64,000 bases of DNA. Origin: a candidate division CPR3 bacterium GWF2_35_18 (GTDB lineage: Bacteria > Patescibacteriota > CPR3 > GWF2-35-18). Position 1 is the stretch's first letter, and each line of letters begins with the position of its first letter. Under the pieces are notes generated by a model. It was not told where the DNA came from and searched no databases. It worked only from the letters and a program-made list of their open reading frames with translations. The stretch lies in NCBI GenBank assembly GCA_001771135.1, contig MESW01000003.1, forward strand, positions 8,719 through 72,718, given 5' to 3'. The translations under genes and the position numbers were made by a program. Positions 57,777 to 64,000 of this stretch are shown here, piece after piece.

Positions 57777-59684
57777 CTACAATCCGATGTATTTGTGATC
57801 GTTATTAAGGGTAACTTCTATTGGTTTAGTAAATTCTTCAATTGGGTACTTTTTAACGGCTTCTTCCATAAAGGAATCCCAAATTGGAGCGGCAACATTA
57901 ATCCCATCAGCATCGTTTTTCAGTAAACTTCCATCATTATTTCCGGACCAAACTACAGAAGCTAGATTTGGAGTATAACCCATTAACCAAACGTCTTTAG
58001 GCCCTGAAGTGGTTCCTGTTTTAGCCGCTGCCGGTCTATCTGACAGAGAATAATTTCTAAACCAAGAGCTATTGTAAAAAGCTTGTTTGGTCTGATAATC
58101 AGAAAGAATATTATTTACAAGAGCAACGGCGTTGCTGTCAGCAATCTGCTTTTCACTTTTTATCCATTCATTACTCATTAACAAGTTTCCATCCTCCTTC
58201 TCTATCTTTAGAATAGACACAGGAATAACTTCTTTTCCTCCTGTAGCTAATAAAGAAGCTCCAGTGACCATTTCTAAAGGAGTGACTTCTACTGATCCTA
58301 AGGCCATAGAAAGACCATAATACACATTTGGATCAAGACTCATAAAACCCAGATCTTTTATCCTTTGAGTTGTTTCAGTGACTCCAATTTTATTTAGAGT
58401 CGCTACAGCGGGAATATTCAAAGATCTAATTAAAGTTTGACGAATTGTTAACCATTGTCCAGTTGCTCCTCCACCATAATCTTCAGGTTTATATCCTCCG
58501 CCAAAATCACGTACGGAATCCAAGACTATAGTTTTATCAGAATAACCATTTTCAAAGGCAGTCAGATAGACGAACGGCTTAAAAGAAGATCCTGGTTGGC
58601 GTTTGGACGTAATAATATTGACTTGAGTTTCAAAATAATCATAACTACCAACCATTGCGAGAATTTGACCGGTTTTAGGATCCATGACCACTATCCCAGC
58701 ATCACGTGCTAACCACTTATTTGTGTTTATATCTTTAGCTTCTTTAATCTTTTGTTCCGCTAGATTTTGCAAATCTGGGTCAATTGTGGTGTAAATTTTA
58801 TATCCACCGTATTCGATTTTTTCCTTACCATATTTATCTTCTAACAGCTTTTTGACGTACATTATAAAATGAGGATATTTAATAGTTTCAATATCTGCAG
58901 CAAAAGTTAATTTTTGCCTTTTTGCTTCATCAGAAGAAGATTTAGTTATATAGTCTAAATCTACCATCTGATCCAGAATAATATCGGTTCTTTCTTTCAG
59001 GTTGGTTTCAGCATTATAAGGAGAAAGACGTGAAGGAGCGTTAATTAAAGCAGCAATTGTTGTACCTTCTGCCAAAGACAGATCTTTAACTTCTTTTTGA
59101 AAATATACCTCAGCCGCAGTAGCGATACCCACTAAATTTCCACCTACGGGAACCTCATTTAAATAACGTTCTAGAATCTGATCTTTTGAATATCGAGTAT
59201 TGATTAAAATAGCAATAATAATCTCTTTCAGTTTTCTCTCAATTGTTTTATCGTTTGTTAAAACAAGGTTTCGGGATAACTGCATTGGAATTGTAGAAGC
59301 ACCACGTTCAACTTCTTCGTTTGACAGGTTTTCTTTTATGGATGCAATAATATTCTTTAAAGAAACTCCGGAATGAGTATAAAATTCATGGTCTTCAGCG
59401 GCAATAAAGGCTTGCTGGACATATAACGGAACTTCACTAAGATTAACATTTTTTTGACGAATATTACCATGTATTTCATAGAGAAAATTACCATTTCGAT
59501 CATAGATTTTAGAAGGCTCTCCGGATCGTTCTTCAATGCGAGGTTGAGGTAAAGATTCAGCATATGTAGCTCCAATATTTACAGTATCTTTAATTAAGTT
59601 CAAACCTCTAATTACTAAAAAACAACAGGTAGTCACTAAAAACATTAAGACACTATATTTTATGACGAAATTTACAATTTTCAT
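57777..59684 (-). CDS. Bifunctional class A penicillin-binding protein (GT51 transglycosylase + transpeptidase)
   Basis: 635 aa; N-terminal TM; AAEDHEFYTHSG (GT51), SGSSFKP (SxxK), KTGTT (KTG). Confidence 0.9.
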   Translation of the reverse strand: MKIVNFVIKYSVLMFLVTTCCFLVIRGLNLIKDTVNIGATYAESLPQPRIEERSGEPSKIYDRNGNFLYEIHGNIRQKNVNLSEVPLYVQQAFIAAEDHEFYTHSGVSLKNIIASIKENLSNEEVERGASTIPMQLSRNLVLTNDKTIERKLKEIIIAILINTRYSKDQILERYLNEVPVGGNLVGIATAAEVYFQKEVKDLSLAEGTTIAALINAPSRLSPYNAETNLKERTDIILDQMVDLDYITKSSSDEAKRQKLTFAADIETIKYPHFIMYVKKLLEDKYGKEKIEYGGYKIYTTIDPDLQNLAEQKIKEAKDINTNKWLARDAGIVVMDPKTGQILAMVGSYDYFETQVNIITSKRQPGSSFKPFVYLTAFENGYSDKTIVLDSVRDFGGGYKPEDYGGGATGQWLTIRQTLIRSLNIPAVATLNKIGVTETTQRIKDLGFMSLDPNVYYGLSMALGSVEVTPLEMVTGASLLATGGKEVIPVSILKIEKEDGNLLMSNEWIKSEKQIADSNAVALVNNILSDYQTKQAFYNSSWFRNYSLSDRPAAAKTGTTSGPKDVWLMGYTPNLASVVWSGNNDGSLLKNDADGINVAAPIWDSFMEEAVKKYPIEEFTKPIEVTLNNDHKYIGL

Positions 59685-59702
59685 GGTGAAAAAAGAATTT
59701 TG

Positions 59703-60035
59703 TTATCCAAAAAGCTGCGGGAATCGTGAATAAACGTAAAAAGAAACAATGCCAAGCAGGATCATGAATGAGACTAAAAATCCGATACAGAATCCGACTC
59801 CCATAAGAAGCCCAAAGAAAAATCCAGAAGTATGTTTTACCCTTATTTGATCAGGTATTTTTAGTAATGAAGATTCGCTTTTTTTAATTTCATGAAGTAA
59901 GGATTCGGCGTTTTTAAGCTCGGTCCATTTAGATTCGTTTTTTTCGCTTCCCATGATAATCTCCTTTGACTTACTGAACTTTGATGAGTAAAATCTACTC
60001 ATATTCATAGTAGAGTTTATAAACTTAAGAGTCAA
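59703..60035 (-). CDS. Small membrane protein, hypothetical
   Basis: 110 aa; C-terminal TM helix. Confidence 0.4.
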   Translation of the reverse strand: MTLKFINSTMNMSRFYSSKFSKSKEIIMGSEKNESKWTELKNAESLLHEIKKSESSLLKIPDQIRVKHTSGFFFGLLMGVGFCIGFLVSFMILLGIVSFYVYSRFPQLFG

Positions 60036-60053
60036 GTCAAAGGTTAAAAGCGC

Positions 60054-60278
60054 ATGAAAAAAATTGAAGTAACTATAAAATCAAATGCTAGGGAACAACG
60101 AATTGATCAACTAAATGACAATTGTTATAAGGTTTGGGTAAAAAATCCAGCGACAGAGGGAAAAGCTAACGCCGAAATGATAAGATTACTCGCAAGATTA
60201 TTTAAAGTTCATCTGAATCAGATAAATATCATTATCGGTTGGAAGTGCAGGAAAAAAATTGTGGAGATTAAGGGTTAA
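60054..60278 (+). CDS. DUF167 (YggU/UPF0235) family protein
   Basis: 74 aa; …ATEGKANAEMIRLLARLF… resembles DUF167 core. Confidence 0.55.
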   Translation: MKKIEVTIKSNAREQRIDQLNDNCYKVWVKNPATEGKANAEMIRLLARLFKVHLNQINIIIGWKCRKKIVEIKG

Positions 60279-61646
60279 TTAAAGTGATTTCACCATATAG
60301 GTGTTTTGGAGTGTATAACCAAACTTACGATAGTATTCACGCACACCCACTCCAGAGATAACGGCAATTTTTGAAAGTCGATACTCTTTTTTGGCAATTT
60401 CCTCAGCTCTTTCCAGAAGTTTTGTGCCAAGTCCTTTATGTTGGACTTTTCCCTTACTATTTATGGGTGTACTTTGACCATAAATGTGAAGCTCTCGAAT
60501 AATAGCTGTGTTTTTTAGACATTTAAATGCCATTTTCATTTTAGGATTGTTTATTCGCAACCGTAAAAATCCGTATAGATTTCCTTTACTATCAATATAT
60601 TCGAGAAATAGTTCTGTTCCTTTACTGGCCTCATATTTAGTTATTCTAAAATTCAAATCTTTTTCCTGATTCTGATTCCTAATTTCCCGGCAACGAATAC
60701 ATTGACATTTTATTTTCTTTTTTAGCATTTCTTTTTCCAGCATCTCCCGGATATTCGAATTGATTGATCCGGCGAGAATGTACTCTTTGGGAATGTCTCG
60801 ATAAAATCGCATAATACGTACATATGGAGGAATCCGTTTTTTTATTTCTATACCGATATCCATAAGCTCTTTATTCGTATACGGAAAATACTTGTTTTGT
60901 TGGTACCATTTATAAGCTAAAGTATTTCTGAGCAGTACACAAGGATAAACTTTTAACATATCGGGTTGGAAATCTGGATTTTGAAAAAGAGTTTCGAACA
61001 TTTGAATATCTTTTTCCTTGGTACTTCCGGGTAAGTTCGGCATAACATGGTAGTTTATTTTAAAACCGGATTCCTTTAATAACTCTGTAGCTTTAACAGT
61101 TTCTTTCAATGTATGACCACGTAAATTCATCTTTAGAACATCTTCGTAAACGGTTTGAACTCCTAGTTCGACTCGTGTAACGCCAAAATTTCGAAGTCGT
61201 TTTACTTCAAGTGGAAAGATATAATCAGGTCTGGTTTCTATTGTGAGACCGATAATTCGGTGTTTAGCTGTTTCATTAAGCCTCTGTGCTTCTTTTAAAG
61301 TTTTTGATTTTTTCCTGTTTAGGGTATCAAAACAGTTTTTGATAAACCAAGATTGATAGCGTTTAGGATAATATGACCAGGTTCCACCTAAAATAATAAG
61401 CTCAATTTTGTCAGTAGGATGATTGTTATCAAAATATTGTTGTAATCGGTAATTAATCTGTTTTTCGGGAGAAAAGTGAGATGCTTTAGCTCTTGCCGCC
61501 GCCGGTTCTTTACTCAAATAACTTTTAGGCATATCTACCTCTGTAGGACAAAAAGAGCATTTTCCCGGACAAGGGAAAGGTTTTGTAAGTATTGTAATTG
61601 GAGTTACTCCCGATAAGGTTCGGGTAGGTTTATGAATAATTGGCAT
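60279..61646 (-). CDS. Elp3-like radical-SAM/GNAT tRNA wobble-uridine modification enzyme
   Basis: 455 aa; CPGKCSFCP radical-SAM cluster; C-terminal GNAT (…IRELHIYGQSTPI…HKGLGTKLLERAEEIAKKEYRLSKIAVISGVGVREYYRKFGY) closely matches Elp3 C-terminus. Confidence 0.8.
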   Translation of the reverse strand: MPIIHKPTRTLSGVTPITILTKPFPCPGKCSFCPTEVDMPKSYLSKEPAAARAKASHFSPEKQINYRLQQYFDNNHPTDKIELIILGGTWSYYPKRYQSWFIKNCFDTLNRKKSKTLKEAQRLNETAKHRIIGLTIETRPDYIFPLEVKRLRNFGVTRVELGVQTVYEDVLKMNLRGHTLKETVKATELLKESGFKINYHVMPNLPGSTKEKDIQMFETLFQNPDFQPDMLKVYPCVLLRNTLAYKWYQQNKYFPYTNKELMDIGIEIKKRIPPYVRIMRFYRDIPKEYILAGSINSNIREMLEKEMLKKKIKCQCIRCREIRNQNQEKDLNFRITKYEASKGTELFLEYIDSKGNLYGFLRLRINNPKMKMAFKCLKNTAIIRELHIYGQSTPINSKGKVQHKGLGTKLLERAEEIAKKEYRLSKIAVISGVGVREYYRKFGYTLQNTYMVKSL

Positions 61647-61687
61647 TTTTAGTACTTAGAATTTCTTAACTATGGTATTATACCAGT

Positions 61688-62401
61688 ATGAACAAATCAA
61701 ACAGCAGTCTTTATTTGATTTCCACTCCAATTGGAAATTTAAACGATATCACCTTACGGGGTTTAGAAACAATTTTCAAAGTAGATATTTTACTTTGTGA
61801 AGATAGCAGAGTTACAGGCAATCTGGTACATCAATATAAAGAAAAATTTCCTCAATACGAAAATTATAATCCAAAACTAATTTCCTATCATGATCATAAT
61901 GAGGAACGAATGAATCCGCAAATTTTAGATTGGCTGCAAACTGGTAAGAATGTTGGTCTTGTAACTGACGCCGGAACTCCCCTCATTTCTGACCCGGGTT
62001 ATAAACTAGTTCGAGATTGTTTTTCCAAAAATATCAAAGTAGAATCAATTCCTGGATCATCTTCAGTACTTACAGCTTTAACTCTTTCCTCTTTTCCGCC
62101 AGATAAATTTATGTTCATTGGATATCTACCACGCAAGTCTGGACAACGTCAAAATTTATTTAAAAATCTTCATCCAAAACCATTTAAACACATCACGGTG
62201 ATCGCTTTTGAATCACCTCATCGAATAATCTCAAGCCTAAAAGACATGAAACAAGTATTAGGAGATATTGAGGTATGTGTATGTCGAGAATTAACGAAGA
62301 TGTATGAAGAAATAAAAAAAGGAAAAGTGTCTGAAGTGACAGAATATTTTGAAAAGAAAAGTATTAAAGGCGAAATAGTGTTACTTTTTGAAGTTTCATA
62401 A
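61688..62401 (+). CDS. rsmI: 16S rRNA (cytidine1402-2'-O)-methyltransferase RsmI (tetrapyrrole-methylase fold)
   Basis: 237 aa; LYLISTPIGNLNDITLRGLETI…DILLCEDSR motif. Confidence 0.85.
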   Translation: MNKSNSSLYLISTPIGNLNDITLRGLETIFKVDILLCEDSRVTGNLVHQYKEKFPQYENYNPKLISYHDHNEERMNPQILDWLQTGKNVGLVTDAGTPLISDPGYKLVRDCFSKNIKVESIPGSSSVLTALTLSSFPPDKFMFIGYLPRKSGQRQNLFKNLHPKPFKHITVIAFESPHRIISSLKDMKQVLGDIEVCVCRELTKMYEEIKKGKVSEVTEYFEKKSIKGEIVLLFEVS

Positions 62402-62413
62402 AAAGAGGAGAAA

Positions 62414-62461
62414 GGTACGGTGCATAATAATGCAGATGCTGTAAAGCACCGTACCTTTTTG
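62414..62461. terminator. Bidirectional intrinsic terminator (GGTACGGTGC-N22-GCACCGTACC + T-run)
   Basis: 10-bp stem followed by TTTTT on plus (after rsmI) and T-rich tract on minus (after 62484..62918). Confidence 0.7.
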
Positions 62462-62483
62462 TAAAACATCTCTCTCCTTCAAT

Positions 62484-62918
62484 TCATGAAAAACCATCCA
62501 AATGAAAGAAACCATTTTCTTCAGGTCTAAGTTTTTGCCAAAGAGGCGTGACATTATCTTCTATTATTTCGTCCCAACCATCTGGTACATAGAAATATGA
62601 TTTATTAGTTTTGGCTAATTGCAATGACCGAGTTGGCCAAGCAGAATTTGTCATCTCTACCCAATGCATACAGCTAGACCTGAAACAACTAAAAGAATAC
62701 ATATGTGGCATTTGAAGTGATAACAAGCTTCGAATCTTTTCAATTCGTATTGCAACAACACGGTATTGTTCAGCCCAAAATACGCAACCGGATGAGTGAC
62801 ATCCACTCACCTCGTTATTTGCGACAAACATAGCATTGACATGCAAAATTAGAGTCTCAAGATATCTGAGCTCCTCATGAAGTGTCATATAGGGTATGGT
62901 TATATGATGGGACAACAC
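62484..62918 (-). CDS. Hypothetical protein (moderately GC-richer than backbone)
   Basis: 144-aa ORF; His/Cys-containing; no recognised family. Confidence 0.4.
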   Translation of the reverse strand: MLSHHITIPYMTLHEELRYLETLILHVNAMFVANNEVSGCHSSGCVFWAEQYRVVAIRIEKIRSLLSLQMPHMYSFSCFRSSCMHWVEMTNSAWPTRSLQLAKTNKSYFYVPDGWDEIIEDNVTPLWQKLRPEENGFFHLDGFS

Positions 62919-62959
62919 CTTTTTTCTCCTTTCCTTTCTTCATCAACTAAGGATTTTTA

Positions 62960-63003
62960 AAAGGGCGCGATGATGTAATCGCGATGCTAGGCGCCCTTTT
63001 TTG
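62960..63003 (-). terminator. Intrinsic terminator (AGGGCGC-N22-GCGCCCT + T-run) 12 nt after stop of 63015..63956
   Basis: GC-rich hairpin followed by T4-6 on both strands. Confidence 0.65.
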
Positions 63004-63014
63004 GTTGGAAGATT

Positions 63015-63956
63015 TTATTCTTGTGAAACAGCAACCTCCTCTGCATGTCTAGAACAGACTAAGCCTCTGTCAAAACGGATTACTCCCATCAAAGCGCCAT
63101 CAGTTGACTGTGACACATGGAATTGACAGCCACAAGGAGCGGAGTAAAATTCTCCAACATCACATGATTTTGGAGGGTGCAAATCAACACGCCAACAAGA
63201 ATCAATAGAGATTGGAGTTTTTGGATTCATCGGCTTACGCAGTTGAAGCAAAACAGGAATAGCTAACGTTTGCTCAAATCGACGGTAACCGTTACCTTTT
63301 TGACCGTTTTTATGCTTAATGTTCTTTCCACAAGCCCGATCATAGGCAACAGCACGTTCGCAGGCGCCGTCCTGAGGACAATCAAACCAAGCTGTCTTAC
63401 CATTCCAAGGAATGATTCGACGACAACCACAGCCCCAGTTAGTTATAGTTCCTCGACCTTGAAAAAGCTTCATTTGCGCGGGTTTCCAACCACCACGCCA
63501 ATGAGTTAAAACATCGTCAGCTTCTTGCCAAGAAACTCTACCACCGGCGCTTTCGAGATCACACTGAAATTCACGCTTGGCTTTGGAAACCCACCACTCT
63601 CTACGAAGATCTTTTTCCGTTAGAGAAATAATTTTTTGTCGGAGTTCTCGAATGGATGGAATATTACCATTACTTTTTCTATTTCCGTAAGGAATAACAG
63701 AAGCACCTCCAAAAAGAGATCGTTGAACTCCTGAGTTTACCGGACACCAAAAAACTCCAGAATCCAAACGATTACTCGAAACGAGTCCAATTTTCTCCAA
63801 AAACTGGAGGTCGTCTCGAGTTTGAGAAGTTGACCGCACTTGTGAAGCATAACTAGACGCAATACCTCTAGTGGTTTGTCCTGGACAGAGTAAGACGTGA
63901 TGTAAAATTGTAGCTCTGTCTTTGAGGACTTCATCGGAATTGCGCTTTCGATTCAC
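63015..63956 (-). CDS. GC-rich hypothetical protein: N-terminal winged-helix-like segment plus Cys-rich C-terminal region (start set at GTG after GAAAGGAGGTG)
   Basis: ~313 aa; strong SD 5 nt before GTG; ≥14 Cys incl. CGC, CPQDGAC, CGC motifs; composition differs from AT-rich backbone. Confidence 0.5.
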   Translation of the reverse strand: MNRKRNSDEVLKDRATILHHVLLCPGQTTRGIASSYASQVRSTSQTRDDLQFLEKIGLVSSNRLDSGVFWCPVNSGVQRSLFGGASVIPYGNRKSNGNIPSIRELRQKIISLTEKDLRREWWVSKAKREFQCDLESAGGRVSWQEADDVLTHWRGGWKPAQMKLFQGRGTITNWGCGCRRIIPWNGKTAWFDCPQDGACERAVAYDRACGKNIKHKNGQKGNGYRRFEQTLAIPVLLQLRKPMNPKTPISIDSCWRVDLHPPKSCDVGEFYSAPCGCQFHVSQSTDGALMGVIRFDRGLVCSRHAEEVAVSQE

Positions 63957-64000
63957 AAAACACCTCCTTTCAAAATGGGGGAACAAAGGGTTTTTTATCG

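Noticed and set aside
1-64000. CRISPR arrays, integrases, transposases, IS elements
   Set aside because: No regularly spaced direct repeats and no recombinase/transposase-like ORFs seen on either strand; the island therefore cannot be called a classical integrative element from sequence alone.

Overview
The window splits into two compositionally distinct parts.

**Host backbone** (1-26.8 kb, 44.5-62.4 kb) is AT-rich (about one third GC by eye) and gene-dense, with weak or variable Shine-Dalgarno sequences. The overall profile suggests a small-genome, possibly CPR/Patescibacteria-like bacterium; this is an inference.
- Housekeeping genes: Dus, RlmH, MnmA, RsmI, an Elp3-like tRNA modifier, SecG, PBP1A, Nfo, and an M29 aminopeptidase.
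- A complete nucleotide-excision-repair/SOS set: uvrA, uvrC, uvrB, lexA, and a radical-SAM DNA-repair protein.
- An ars-like thiol/metalloid cluster: ArsR, a Trx-like protein, an ArsP-like permease, and CcdA.
- A glycan cluster: a GT2 processive synthase, two glycoside hydrolases, a GT28 and a GT4.
- 14 tRNA genes in three clusters.

**Island** (~26.8-44.5 kb) sits between uvrA plus a tRNA cluster on one side and uvrB on the other. It is ~17.6 kb, markedly GC-richer (roughly half GC), and all 17 genes are on the minus strand with strong AGGAGG-type ribosome-binding sites. No integrase, relaxase or transposase is present. Its contents:
- A minimal type-IV-secretion-like module: a VirB2-like 2-TM mini-protein, a VirB6-like polytopic lipoprotein with a long disordered tail, a VirB3-like 2-TM protein, a 781-aa VirB4-family ATPase, and a 504-aa secreted protein.
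- A divergent Rho homologue with ~190 aa of C-terminal extension.
- A cold-shock-domain protein with a long low-complexity tail, flanked by ~57-80-bp direct repeats.
- Two paralogous membrane-anchored proteins built from a ~65-aa SH3b-like Cys-containing repeat.
- A DUF1232 protein and several small Cys-rich proteins.

The island also has its own repeat and hairpin repertoire. The main alternative explanation is a chimeric assembly of two genomes joined at tRNA genes. A second GC shift with strong RBSs begins at ~62.5 kb and runs to the window edge.
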